DNA of 64,000 nucleotides from Burkholderiales bacterium (GCA_046317675.1 JBKCVH010000092.1:1101-65100); one strand, 5' to 3'; positions 1-9,289 are shown, numbered from the stretch's first letter. Notes: generated by a model not told the origin, from the letters alone. Translations and numbers: made by a program.

Positions 1-335
1 AGGGCAAGGGCGACTTCGATGCACCCGCTGCCCAGCTCGAAGCCATCAAGGCCCAGCGCTACGGCAAGTACGCCGTGCCAAGCCTCGGCTCGGTGCCCGT
101 GAACTTCCTGGCCAGCCTGGACACCACGGGCGGCAACAGCGGCTCGCCGGTGCTGAACAAAAAGGGCGAGTTCGTGGGCCTGCTGTTTGACGGCACCCTG
201 GACGCCGTGATTGCCGACTGGGACTACAACCCCAAGATGGTTCGCTCCATCTGCGTAGATGCCCGCTACATGCTGTGGCAAATGAGCGAGGTCGACAAGG
301 CCACGCGCCTGCTGGCCGAGATGGGCGTTCGCTAA
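1..335 (+). CDS. S46-family dipeptidyl-peptidase (DPP7/DPP11-like), C-terminal fragment; 5' end outside window
   Basis: Frame 3 is open from the window edge to TAA 333-335. The translation contains DTTGGNSGSPVLNKKGEFVGLLFDG, the catalytic-Ser GNSGSP block typical of S46 peptidases. Confidence 0.75.
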   Translation, partial: GKGDFDAPAAQLEAIKAQRYGKYAVPSLGSVPVNFLASLDTTGGNSGSPVLNKKGEFVGLLFDGTLDAVIADWDYNPKMVRSICVDARYMLWQMSEVDKATRLLAEMGVR

Positions 336-559
336 GCCAGCGCCGCACGGGCCGCACCGAAACCCCTGTGTGCGGGCGCCAGCTCCGCGCCGGGGCACAA
401 GGGCAGGCAGCCCAAGCCCGGGAGGGGGCCGCAGCATGCGGCCGCCCCTGCCTGCAGCCGCGCCGGCCGCGACTGGGGGGTGCAGTCAGTGGAATGATCG
501 GGCCCAGATCAACCACGCCGCTGGCCGCGCACCGCGCCGCCCGCCCAGGGAAAGCTGCC

Positions 560-1426
560 ATGCCGTTTGAAACCCCCCGCACCCCGCGCCGCCGAGGCGC
601 AGTTCGCCATGGGGCGCTTGGCCTGCTGGCGGCTGCCCTGCTGCTCACCGGCTGCGAGAGCCAGGCGGACAAAGACAAGAAGGCGGCCGATGCCGCTTAC
701 CGCGAGAAGCTGGCCAAGGCGCAGGCCATCTTTGCGGAGCGGTGCAAGACGGCGGGCGTGGTGATTCACCGCACTGTGAAGGATGTCGAAGGCATTGAGC
801 TCAAGAAGGTTCGGCCGGAATTGGCTTATGCCGACAAGCGGTACTTTGATCCATTGTTTGATGGCGCGGCGATGGCTGGGGAGGTCTCTGGCATTGACTA
901 CATCAAACAGTTCTTGATGCACGAGTACCGCACCACATTTGCGCCCCAGACCAGAGGCCAACTGGGGCCTCCAACAGCCGTGCACCGACGCCAGTTGCTA
1001 CCGCCAACACCCGGCTACCGCTTTGTTGAAGTCGCTGAAGCTGACGGGACTCGCAACCGCTACAGCCCAGTTTGGACAGCGGGTCAAAGCAACTGGGTAG
1101 ACGGCCAGCACAAGCGCGAACCTGTCCAGTCCAGCAGCACCCGCTACGCGCTGGACTACGAAGACTTGGTCGACCCGGCAGACCGCGCCTACTGGGTGGC
1201 CGGCACCAAACTGCGGGTGATCGAAAAACAGACCGGCGAGGTCATTGCCGAGCTGACACGGTTTGTGATCGACCCCGGGTTTGGTGGTGGCGCGACTGGG
1301 CGATGGCCTTGGCAGCACGTCACGATCCGTGGAGATCAGCAGTGCCCGATTGATCTGCTGCAGCCAACTGGAAAGATCAGCCGCTACTTCGTCGACACCG
1401 TTCTCATACCAAAGCAGGGGGATTGA
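560..1426 (+). CDS. hypothetical lipoprotein
   Basis: An ATG at 560 lies inside ORF 275..1426. The N-terminus MPFETPRTPRRRGAVRHGALGLLAAALLLTGC has a basic n-region, a hydrophobic core and an LTGC lipobox. I recognise no family. GC looks slightly lower than in the flanks. Confidence 0.6.
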   Translation: MPFETPRTPRRRGAVRHGALGLLAAALLLTGCESQADKDKKAADAAYREKLAKAQAIFAERCKTAGVVIHRTVKDVEGIELKKVRPELAYADKRYFDPLFDGAAMAGEVSGIDYIKQFLMHEYRTTFAPQTRGQLGPPTAVHRRQLLPPTPGYRFVEVAEADGTRNRYSPVWTAGQSNWVDGQHKREPVQSSSTRYALDYEDLVDPADRAYWVAGTKLRVIEKQTGEVIAELTRFVIDPGFGGGATGRWPWQHVTIRGDQQCPIDLLQPTGKISRYFVDTVLIPKQGD

Positions 1427-1508
1427 TCATGGCAAACCAACCAACACCGCAAACGCTGCAAACCTCCGACTAAACCACCCCCGCCCACCGCCGCACAGAA
1501 TCCGGCCC

Positions 1509-2009
1509 ATGTCCCCACTCCCCCAGTTGGCGCCGCTGGACGCCTCCGAAGCCAGCACGGCCAGCGACCTGCACGCCCTCTTGCAAGCCGCCTACACGCA
1601 AGAGGCGCAGTTGCTGGAGCTGGACCCCGCGCAATTCCCGCCGCTGCAGCGCCGCGTGCACGAACTGCAAACCAGTGACGAGGCTTGGATTGGCGCGTGG
1701 CAGGCCGGGGAGCTGGTGGGCGCGCTGAGCCTGCATGCCGATGGCGACGACGAGGCGGTGACCTGCATTGGCGCGCGGGTGGTGCACCCGGCGCAGCAGC
1801 GGCGCGGCATTGCCACGCTGTTGCTGCATGCGGCCTTCAGCAGCCAAGGCGCGCACTCGCCCTTCAGCGTGCAAACGGCGCAGGCGAATGCGCCGGCGCT
1901 GGCGCTTTACCGGCAAGCGGGCTTCAAGGAGTGGCGGCGCTGGGCGCAAGACATGGGCGGGCAGCGCCTGAAGCTCATCAAGCTGCTGCGCCGCGGCAAC
2001 CGCCCTTGA
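1509..2009 (+). CDS. GNAT-family N-acetyltransferase
   Basis: An ATG at 1509 lies inside ORF 1281..2009. An acetyl-CoA binding-like block VHPAQQRRGIATLLL and the C-terminal YRQAGFKE fit the GNAT fold. Confidence 0.7.
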   Translation: MSPLPQLAPLDASEASTASDLHALLQAAYTQEAQLLELDPAQFPPLQRRVHELQTSDEAWIGAWQAGELVGALSLHADGDDEAVTCIGARVVHPAQQRRGIATLLLHAAFSSQGAHSPFSVQTAQANAPALALYRQAGFKEWRRWAQDMGGQRLKLIKLLRRGNRP

Positions 2010-2701
2010 AGCCCAGCCGCGCGCACGTGCGCCGCCTGCGGGAGCTGCACCGCAGCGCCGGCTGGCCCTGCCAAGACACGCTGGAGCTAGAACTGCTGGC
2101 AGCCGGATGGCTGGAGCGCCTGCAAGACCCCGATGGCCGCGAACGCCTGCGCCTGACCGAGGCCGGCATTCAAGCCGCTGTGCAAGGCCTGCAAGCCAAC
2201 CGCGCGGCCCGCAGCGCCCACGAAGCCCTGGTGCTGCGCGTGGCCCTGGAGCTGCAGCGCGCCGGCCGCGTGGTGTGGACTTCCCTGAGCCTGCGCGCCG
2301 GCCTGCCGCACGAGACCGAGCCGCCGCCCAAGCTGCGCTGGGTGCTGTGCGAGCCCGACGTGTACTCGCTGCGCCCCAGCAGCAAGCCCGAGGGGCTGGA
2401 GGTGGCCATTCACGAAGTGAAGGTGAGCCGGGCCGACTTGCTGGGCGAACTGCGCCGCCCCGCCAAGAGCGCCGCCTACGCGGCCCTGAGCGGCCAGACC
2501 TGCTTTGTGCTGCCCGCGGGCTTGGCCGAGGTGGATGAGATTCCGCCGCAGTACGGGGTGTGGTTCGCGCACCCCACGCACTTTGAGCTGGCGCGGCCGG
2601 CGCCGCGCCGTGCGCACTACCCCGACTTCGCCAGCTGGTTGGTGCTGGCCCGGGCCACGCCGCTGGCGCCGCCTTTGGACGCGCACCAAGCGCCTCTTTG
2701 A
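2006..2701 (+). CDS. hypothetical protein with PD-(D/E)XK nuclease-like motif (MmcB-like, unverified)
   Basis: This is the 3' part of ORF 1685..2701. TTG 2006 overlaps the upstream TGA (TTGA), and GTG 2027 is an alternative start. The motif CEPDVY...IHEVKVSRADL matches D...ExK. The start codon is uncertain. Confidence 0.5.
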   Translation: MKPSRAHVRRLRELHRSAGWPCQDTLELELLAAGWLERLQDPDGRERLRLTEAGIQAAVQGLQANRAARSAHEALVLRVALELQRAGRVVWTSLSLRAGLPHETEPPPKLRWVLCEPDVYSLRPSSKPEGLEVAIHEVKVSRADLLGELRRPAKSAAYAALSGQTCFVLPAGLAEVDEIPPQYGVWFAHPTHFELARPAPRRAHYPDFASWLVLARATPLAPPLDAHQAPL

Positions 2702-2758
2702 ACCCAGCCCATTGCATTGCAGGTAGGCTGCAGCCCCCGCAGAAGGAGACCCCTGGCC

Positions 2759-3139
2759 ATGAGCCTTGAACGCGTACTGTTTGCTTTCGTCATCGTGCTG
2801 GCCTTGACCTTGAACGTTGGCTTCGTGGTGGGCGAACTCGACAACCCCGACCACCACGATGTGTGGGAGCTGTTCTTCGCCATCGTGGTGAGCTTGATTG
2901 CCACGGTGATGAAGTTCGGCGACCGCTCGCCCCTGGGCTCGACCATGCTGGCCACCAGCTTGGTGGCCGATGTGCAGTTGCTGGCCGCCGCCATCGTTTG
3001 GGGCGTGCTGATTGCCCGTGGCATGGAGGTGGGCGGGCCGCAAATTGCCACGGTGGTGTCGCTGGCCTTTGGCGCCATGGTGGCCAATGTGATCTCGGTG
3101 GTGCTGCTGGTCATCGAAACCGCCAACCAGCGCCGCTGA
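2759..3139 (+). CDS. small polytopic membrane protein of unknown function
   Basis: ATG 2759 is preceded by AAGGAG at 2743-2748. The 126-aa product has about 4 hydrophobic segments. Its TGA shares one base with the next ATG (TGATG at 3137-3141). Confidence 0.65.
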   Translation: MSLERVLFAFVIVLALTLNVGFVVGELDNPDHHDVWELFFAIVVSLIATVMKFGDRSPLGSTMLATSLVADVQLLAAAIVWGVLIARGMEVGGPQIATVVSLAFGAMVANVISVVLLVIETANQRR

Positions 3140-4725
3140 TGTCTTTGCACGCGCCACCCACGCGGCATGGCCTGTTCATCTTGCTGCGGCGCATGCGCTG
3201 GCCGCTGGTGGTGCTCATCCTCAGCCATGCGCTAGCCATCACCGGCTTTGTGATCGTGCCGGGCGTGACGCCCGATGGGCAAACGTGGCGCATGGACTTC
3301 CTGCACGCCACTTACTTCGTGAGCTTTTTGGGCACCACGATCGGCCTCGGGGAGATTCCATTCCCCTTCAGCCCTGCCCAGCGCCTGTGGGCCACGTTCA
3401 GCATCTACCTCACGGTGGTGGCTTGGCTCTACAGCATTGGCTCCTTGCTGGCGGTGCTGCAAGACCCCTTGATGCGCCGCCTGCTGCACGAAAGCCGCGT
3501 GGAGCGCGCCGTGCGGCGCCTGCGCGAGCCCTTCTACCTGCTGTGCGGTTACGACGACGCCGGCCGCCGCGTGGCCCGCGAGCTGACGGCTGACGACATT
3601 CCCATCGTGGTGGTGGAGCAAGACGCCGGCCGCATTGAAGCGGTGGAGGTGGACAACCACGCGCTGTCGGTTCCGGCCCTGCAGGCCGACGCCAGCGACC
3701 CCCAAGCCCTGCTGCGCGCAGGCCTGCGCCACCCGCAGTGCCTGGGCGTGCTGGCCCTCACGGGCAGCGATGCCGTCAACACCAAGGTGGCGCTGACGGC
3801 CCGCCTGCTCGCGCCCGATGCCCGCGTGTACTGCGCCGTGAGCGACCACGCCTGGCATGCCCGCATGGCCTTGGCCGGCGCCGATGCGCTGATCAACCCC
3901 TTCGACACCTTTGCTGAGCGCATGCAGATTGCGCTCAATGCGCCCAGCCTGCACGTCATCTACGAAGCCATCACCGCCCAGCGCCAAACGGTGATGGCCG
4001 AGGTGAACCCACTGCCGCGCGGCCGCTGGCTGCTGTGCGGCTGGGGGCCGATGTCGCGAGCGCTGCGGCACCGGCTGCAGGGCGAGGAGATTGACTTCCA
4101 CGTCATCGACGCCGAACCCGATGCCAGCTGCGACCACGTGCAGCGCGGCAGCCCCACCGACCCGGGCGTGCTGAAGAAGGCCCGCATTGAAGAAGCCCAA
4201 ATGGTGGTGGCCGCCACCGACGACGACATCGACAACCTCGCCATTGCCGTGGCCGCGCGCCAGTTGGCGCCCGAGGTGCCGGTCATCGTGCGGCGCCAGC
4301 AGTCTCGCAATGCCGTGGTGTTCCGCGAGAGCGGTGCCCGCCTCGTGATGGCCACCGGCTACCTGATTGCCACCGAGGTGCTGCGCCACACCCGCGCGCC
4401 CTTGCTGGGCCAGTTTTTGACCCTGGCCGCCGAGCAAGACGAAGCCTGGGCCGCCGCCTTGCTGGAACGCCTGCGCAAGGAAGTGGGCGACGTGATTTTG
4501 GAGAGCTGGACGCAAACCACCTGGCGAAACCAAACCATGGCCGAGCTGCTGAACGAGGCCAAAGAGCACGCCGGCGCCGTGCGCGCGATGGTGCTGATGC
4601 GGGTGCGCTTTGGGGAGGCGCTGCTGGCGCCTTCGCCCGATGAAACCCTGAAGGCCGGCGACTTGATTCTGCTGGCCGGCTGCCACCGCAGCCGCCGGGT
4701 GATGCGGAGCAACCGGCGGCGCTAG
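3139..4725 (+). CDS. 2-TM potassium-channel family protein with two RCK/TrkA-N-like domains
   Basis: An ATG at 3139 lies inside ORF 2863..4725. The architecture is TM1, a pore helix with filter TTIGLGE (3334-3354) and TM2. Two Rossmann-like blocks follow (LLCGYDDAGRRVAREL and LLCGWGPMSRALRHRL). Confidence 0.8.
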   Translation: MSLHAPPTRHGLFILLRRMRWPLVVLILSHALAITGFVIVPGVTPDGQTWRMDFLHATYFVSFLGTTIGLGEIPFPFSPAQRLWATFSIYLTVVAWLYSIGSLLAVLQDPLMRRLLHESRVERAVRRLREPFYLLCGYDDAGRRVARELTADDIPIVVVEQDAGRIEAVEVDNHALSVPALQADASDPQALLRAGLRHPQCLGVLALTGSDAVNTKVALTARLLAPDARVYCAVSDHAWHARMALAGADALINPFDTFAERMQIALNAPSLHVIYEAITAQRQTVMAEVNPLPRGRWLLCGWGPMSRALRHRLQGEEIDFHVIDAEPDASCDHVQRGSPTDPGVLKKARIEEAQMVVAATDDDIDNLAIAVAARQLAPEVPVIVRRQQSRNAVVFRESGARLVMATGYLIATEVLRHTRAPLLGQFLTLAAEQDEAWAAALLERLRKEVGDVILESWTQTTWRNQTMAELLNEAKEHAGAVRAMVLMRVRFGEALLAPSPDETLKAGDLILLAGCHRSRRVMRSNRRR

Positions 4726-4999
4726 GGCGGCTCGGGTTTTTGCTGGGTTTTTGCCGCAGCTTCGAGCACTCGATGCGTGGCACATGCTGCTCCAGCCTGT
4801 CTTCAAATGGGTCCGGCCTGGGGAAACCTGCGCGTGAAGCGTCAAAAGCGCAGTGGCCGCAGAACACCATCGTCACCGTGGGCCGGCGCTGCAGCACCGG
4901 CTTTTAGGTTCAGCCCAATGAAGGCAAAGCCCTGCTGACCCCGCTGAACCGCGCCATCTTGGAGTGCCGCGCGGCGATGAAGTAGGGCTTACAGGGCGG

Positions 5000-6346
5000 C
5001 TAGGGGCTTGCCGCAGCCGGCTTCCCCAGCCACTCGCCAAACAAAGGCTGCGGCAGCCGCACGGGCGTGATGTCCAGCCGGAGGTTGATGACCGTGTACT
5101 GCTCGCCGCCGAGCTCATCGGTGCTCCAGCCGACGCTGTCGGTGGCCTTGTGCAGGCGGAACAAGAAGCCCAGCTCCGCGAGCGGGTCGCCGGGCTTGGG
5201 CATGACGTCAAAGCTCAGGCCGCGCACCTCGCTTTGGTTGCTGTCGATGAGGTAGCGCATCGCGTTGGCGATGGTCTGGTCGCCCAGCATGTCGAGCTGG
5301 AAACGGGGCTCGGTGAAGTAAGGCTTGAAGCTCGGGCTGCTGGCATCGAGCCGTTGGCCGCGCAGCTTGACCGCAGCGGGCACCACGGCGCGGTTTTTCA
5401 AGTCAATGCGGTCGCCGTCTTCCAAATAGGCAAGGCGAGCACTGCGAAGGTTGAAGGCGGCCAGTGTGGGGTCGCTGCTGGCTTCGGTGAGGTCCACAAA
5501 CAAGGCGCCAGCGCCGCCCACGATTTCAACCTCATTGCCCTTGAACACGGCTGCGGTGTTCTCGTCCACACCCAGGCCGAGCTTGTAGCCCTTGGCCACC
5601 ATGGCCGGGATCAGGCGGCCGAAGCGACCGCGTTTGAGAAAGTGCTGGTCCACAAAGACGTCGGGGCCGACAAAGCCCAAGCCACCATCAAGCTGCTTGC
5701 CGTCTTGCAGTTGGCCCTTGAGCACGTTCATGACCGAGGGTGCATCGCGGAACATGACCTTGCTCATGATGGCGGCGCCGGCCGAGGTGCCGGCCACCAC
5801 ACCGCCTTTGCGGTAGACGTCCCAGATGGCTTCGAGCATGGGTGTGGGCTGGCCGCGTGGCTGCAGCACATCGACGATGCGTTCTTGCAGCCCGCCGGTG
5901 AAGAACACGCCCTTGGCTTGGCGCACTTTGGCAATCAGGGCCGGGTCGCGCACGACTTTGTCGAGGTCCACCCAGCCGAACTTGGGCGCAACGGGCAAGG
6001 CCTCGGCCACGGCGCCGCGCCGCTGCAGCAGCTCCACGGCTTGGCGGGCGGAGGCTTCGGGGTCTTCGCTGGCGGTGCCAAACACCACAAAGCGCGAACC
6101 CTTGCCGCCGGCCAATTGCACGATGCGGCCCCAAACCTCGTCGTTGTCACTGCGCAGCGCGCCGCCAATGGCCACGGCGGCGCCTTTGATCAGCACCTCT
6201 TCAGGGGCTGGCGTGGGCGGCTTGAGCGGGACCGGCGAGGGAGAGACCTGGACCACCGTCTTCGGCGGCGCTGGACGGGCGTTGGGCTGCGCGCCTGCGG
6301 TGTGCAGGAACAGCAGGGCCAGCAGCAGCAAGCTTGAAGTTCTCAT
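5000..6346 (-). CDS. cphE: cyanophycinase (peptidase S51), secreted CphE-type
   Basis: ATG at 6346 gives MRTSSLLLLALLFLHTAGA, a signal peptide. The S51 nucleophile block VVAGTSAGAAIMS is present, and IGGAL and FTGG blocks are typical of cyanophycinase. There is a C-terminal extension of about 160 aa. Confidence 0.8.
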   Translation of the reverse strand: MRTSSLLLLALLFLHTAGAQPNARPAPPKTVVQVSPSPVPLKPPTPAPEEVLIKGAAVAIGGALRSDNDEVWGRIVQLAGGKGSRFVVFGTASEDPEASARQAVELLQRRGAVAEALPVAPKFGWVDLDKVVRDPALIAKVRQAKGVFFTGGLQERIVDVLQPRGQPTPMLEAIWDVYRKGGVVAGTSAGAAIMSKVMFRDAPSVMNVLKGQLQDGKQLDGGLGFVGPDVFVDQHFLKRGRFGRLIPAMVAKGYKLGLGVDENTAAVFKGNEVEIVGGAGALFVDLTEASSDPTLAAFNLRSARLAYLEDGDRIDLKNRAVVPAAVKLRGQRLDASSPSFKPYFTEPRFQLDMLGDQTIANAMRYLIDSNQSEVRGLSFDVMPKPGDPLAELGFLFRLHKATDSVGWSTDELGGEQYTVINLRLDITPVRLPQPLFGEWLGKPAAASP

Positions 6347-6546
6347 GAGTCGGATGCGATGACAGATGGGCCCCATGATGGCAGAGCGTGGCCATCCTGC
6401 GACGTCGACTCGATGGACGACCCGCGCCAAGCTGGCTCACTTGCCTATGCTCGGGCCCGCAAGCTTGCGGCAGGAAACGCCCGCGCCATACCGCCCATTT
6501 CGCCCATTCGCCCCGCGCGGGCAGTCAGATCGATTGAAGGTGCCTT

Positions 6547-7590
6547 TTGCTGAAGCTTTTGAAGTCGCTGGTTCTTCCTGCCAAGAAGGCCAGCAAGCCG
6601 GACCTGGTTTTGAGCCTGGCGCCGCCCGCTCAGGTCGAAGCCGCGGGGGGTGCACGGCTTGAATTGGGTTCGGTGCTGCGTGCAGGCACGGCCTTTCCTG
6701 TCCTCGATTGGGATCGAGTGCAGGCTTGGGTGGACAGCCTGCCGGACGAAGCGGCGAAGGCAGCCGCGTGGTCTGCCAGCGAGCTGGCTTGGATGGCGCA
6801 CCTGCGCGCCGCCCTGGGCGGCGACTACCTGCTGCGCTCGCAAGGCTCAGCCGTCTTGCTGTCCACCTTGCCAGAACCACTTGCGGCGGCAACGCTGGAC
6901 TTTGTCAACAAGACGGTGCAGAGGGTCTTGCGCGTCTTGGAGGGTGTTGCGGAGCAGCCGGCGTGGGGTCATGACCTCTTGATCGTGTTCGAAGACGAAG
7001 AGGCCTACTACCGCTATGTGGCGCACTACTACCCCGAGGCTGGGGAGTTTGCGGCCAGCAGTGGCATGTACATCAACCACGGATGCGGTCACTTCGTCAC
7101 CGTCAAGGACGACCTCCGCACGGTTGAGCCGGTCATTGCCCATGAACTCACGCATGCTTGCCTGAGCCACTTGCCCATTCCCGCTTGGCTCAACGAAGGT
7201 CTCGCGGTGAACACCGAGCATCGCTTGTGCCCGCCGCTTCAGGTGCCGGCCGACCCATGGCAATTGCATGCGCGCCACCGCAAGTTTTGGGGGCCCGCTG
7301 AGATTCAAGAGTTTTGGTCCGGCAAGTCTTTCCTTCGCACCGACGAAGGCAACGAGCTGTCCTACGACCTTGCCCGCATCCTCGTCTCCCAGTTCGCCGC
7401 CGATTGGGAGCGCTTCCGCGCGTTCGCAGCGGCGGCCGACCTTGCCGACGCAGCAGCGGCCGCCGCCGAAGAACACCTTGGCATTGAACTGGGCGCTGCG
7501 GTCTGTGCGGTCCTGCAGCAAGAGCCCGACGCCGCGTGGTCGCCACGGCCGGAGGCGTGGACAAGCGAGCCCGAGCGCGGCGCCTTTTGA
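6547..7590 (+). CDS. peptidase-MA-like (HExxH...E) domain protein, function unknown
   Basis: A 347-aa ORF with a TTG start. The gluzincin-type motif VIAHELTHACLSHLPIPAWLNEGLA is present. No signal peptide is evident. Confidence 0.6.
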   Translation: MLKLLKSLVLPAKKASKPDLVLSLAPPAQVEAAGGARLELGSVLRAGTAFPVLDWDRVQAWVDSLPDEAAKAAAWSASELAWMAHLRAALGGDYLLRSQGSAVLLSTLPEPLAAATLDFVNKTVQRVLRVLEGVAEQPAWGHDLLIVFEDEEAYYRYVAHYYPEAGEFAASSGMYINHGCGHFVTVKDDLRTVEPVIAHELTHACLSHLPIPAWLNEGLAVNTEHRLCPPLQVPADPWQLHARHRKFWGPAEIQEFWSGKSFLRTDEGNELSYDLARILVSQFAADWERFRAFAAAADLADAAAAAAEEHLGIELGAAVCAVLQQEPDAAWSPRPEAWTSEPERGAF

Positions 7591-7616
7591 AGACGCCCGG
7601 AGCGGCGGTACACGAT

Positions 7617-8102
7617 TCAAATCGCTTGCAGGCGCTTCTCGAAGCAGCGGCTGGTGGCATCGCCCACGTACTCGCCAAAGGCGGGAATGCGAGCAAAGCC
7701 AAAGCTTTCGTACAGCGCCATCGCGGCGCTTTGCCGCATGCCGGTTTCCAGCCGCAGGCAAGAGAAGCCCTGGCTGCGCGCATGCGCCTCCAGGGCTTCG
7801 AGCAAAGCGCGGGCCACACCTTGCTGCCGGAAGGCGGCGTCCACGAACATGCGGCGCAGTTCGGTGCAGTCGGCATCGAGCGGGCGGTGGGCGCCCATGC
7901 CCACGGCGCGGCCCTCTAGGCTGGCGATGAAGTAGATGCCGCGCGGCGGCATGGGCGCATTCGTGGGCCAGGGTGCATTCGGGTCGGAGAGCTCCGGGTA
8001 CAGGGCCCGCGCCTCCAGGGCGGCTTGGTGCAGCAAGGCCAGGGCCTCAGGGCCTTGCGGGTCCGCTGGGGCGATGCGCAGCCGAGGCTCGCTAGCTGGC
8101 AT
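7617..8102 (-). CDS. GNAT-family N-acetyltransferase
   Basis: ATG 8102 is Met8 of ORF 7617..8123. The block RRMFVDAAFRQQGVARALLEALE and the terminal YESFGF fit the GNAT fold. It overlaps the upstream gene by 11 nt. Confidence 0.75.
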   Translation of the reverse strand: MPASEPRLRIAPADPQGPEALALLHQAALEARALYPELSDPNAPWPTNAPMPPRGIYFIASLEGRAVGMGAHRPLDADCTELRRMFVDAAFRQQGVARALLEALEAHARSQGFSCLRLETGMRQSAAMALYESFGFARIPAFGEYVGDATSRCFEKRLQAI

Positions 8103-8445
8103 TGAAAAAGTAGCAAGCCGCAATCAGGCCATCGCGCACTTCGTACACCGCCGCCACTTCCATGGGCTCGGGCTGCACGCCCACCACGCGTTCGTGGTCA
8201 AACACCTTGTTGCCCACCACGAGGCGGCCCAGCAGTTCGGCGTGCAAGCCCGGCAGGTTGAAGCGTTTGGCCGCGTAGTGGGCGGCCAGAGCGGCTTTGC
8301 CTTCGATGACGGGCTCGCTGGAGGGCGGGCGGTAGAGGCGCACGTCCTCGGTGTAGCAGGCGATGAAGCGCTCTAGGTTGCGCTCGTTGTAGGCGTCGAG
8401 TTGTTCTTGGGCGAGTTGTTCAGGGGTCATGCGTTCGGGGCTCAT
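8092..8445 (-). CDS. NTF2/SnoaL-like fold protein
   Basis: A 117-aa ORF. The pattern QLDAYNERNLERFIACYTEDV...AAVYEVRDGLIAACYFF is typical of the SnoaL/NTF2 superfamily. Its ATG overlaps the stop of the MoxR-like gene (ATGA). Confidence 0.6.
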   Translation of the reverse strand: MSPERMTPEQLAQEQLDAYNERNLERFIACYTEDVRLYRPPSSEPVIEGKAALAAHYAAKRFNLPGLHAELLGRLVVGNKVFDHERVVGVQPEPMEVAAVYEVRDGLIAACYFFNAS

Positions 8446-9257
8446 GCTTGTTTCCTCAAAAGGCCGAGCGTGTTGCGCGGCGGGGCATCGGGCCAGCCCT
8501 GCACGTTGAGGGCCTGCAGGGCGCGGGCCCAGTCCAGGGTTTCGGCCAGGCCGGGTACGTGGTCGAGCGCAGGGTCGGCGCGCAGGGTCTGCACGAAGTC
8601 GACCACCTGGGCGCGCAGGCGCTCGGAGAGGCCGGGCAGGTGGAGTTGCAAGATGGCGTCTTCTTGCTCGCGGCTGGGGCGCTCCAGCCAGTGGAAGAGG
8701 CAGCGGCGGCGCAGGGCGTCTGAGAGTTCGCGGCTGCGGTTGCTGGTCAGCAGCACCAAGGGCGCGCCGTGTTCGGCTTTCAGGGTGCCGAGCTCAGGAA
8801 TGCTGAGCTGCCATTCGCCGAGCAGCTCCAACAGGAAGGCTTCGAAAGGCGGGTCGGCGCGGTCGATTTCGTCGATCAGCAGCACGGCGCCGGAACCGGC
8901 CTCCGGGGCCTGGAGCAACGGACGAGCCGACAAGAACTCGCGGCTGAAGAGGTTTCGGGCCAGCGCCTCGCGCTGGCTGGGCTCGGCCGCTTGCAAGGCC
9001 ACCAATTGGCGGGCGTGCTGCCAGTCGTAGGCGGCTTGGGCAAGCTCAATGCCCTCAAAGCACTGCAGCCGAATGAGCTGGCGGCCCAACGCCTGGGCCA
9101 GGGCACCGGCCAGCGCTGTTTTGCCGCAGCCCGGTGGGCCTTCGAGCAGCAGCGGCTTGCTCAGTTGCAGGGCCAACCAGGCGGCGGTAGTCAGGTTGTC
9201 GTCGGCGAGATAGCCGGCGCGAAGGAGTTGTTGCGTGAGTGAGGCGGCACTTTCCAT
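8442..9257 (-). CDS. MoxR/CoxD-like AAA+ ATPase
   Basis: Walker A is LLEGPPGCGKT and Walker B is VLLIDEIDRA. The product is 271 aa. It lies in the same-strand cluster as coxSLM. Confidence 0.8.
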   Translation of the reverse strand: MESAASLTQQLLRAGYLADDNLTTAAWLALQLSKPLLLEGPPGCGKTALAGALAQALGRQLIRLQCFEGIELAQAAYDWQHARQLVALQAAEPSQREALARNLFSREFLSARPLLQAPEAGSGAVLLIDEIDRADPPFEAFLLELLGEWQLSIPELGTLKAEHGAPLVLLTSNRSRELSDALRRRCLFHWLERPSREQEDAILQLHLPGLSERLRAQVVDFVQTLRADPALDHVPGLAETLDWARALQALNVQGWPDAPPRNTLGLLRKQA

Positions 9258-9289
9258 GCCGAAGAGTGTCGCGCTTCGCGCTGTCGACG

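Noticed and set aside
1509-2701. GNAT plus downstream protein as a GNAT-toxin/antitoxin module.
   Set aside because: Known GNAT toxins pair with a small upstream RHH/HTH antitoxin. Here the partner is a 231-aa nuclease-like protein located downstream.
4726-4999. A possible small gene or terminator in the 275-nt gap between the convergent K+ channel and cphE genes, including the GGGTTTTTGC direct duplication at about 4733-4755.
   Set aside because: Only a 45-codon ATG frame without an SD is present, together with an antisense frame that would overlap the channel gene by more than 400 nt. No convincing stem-loop plus U-tract could be drawn.
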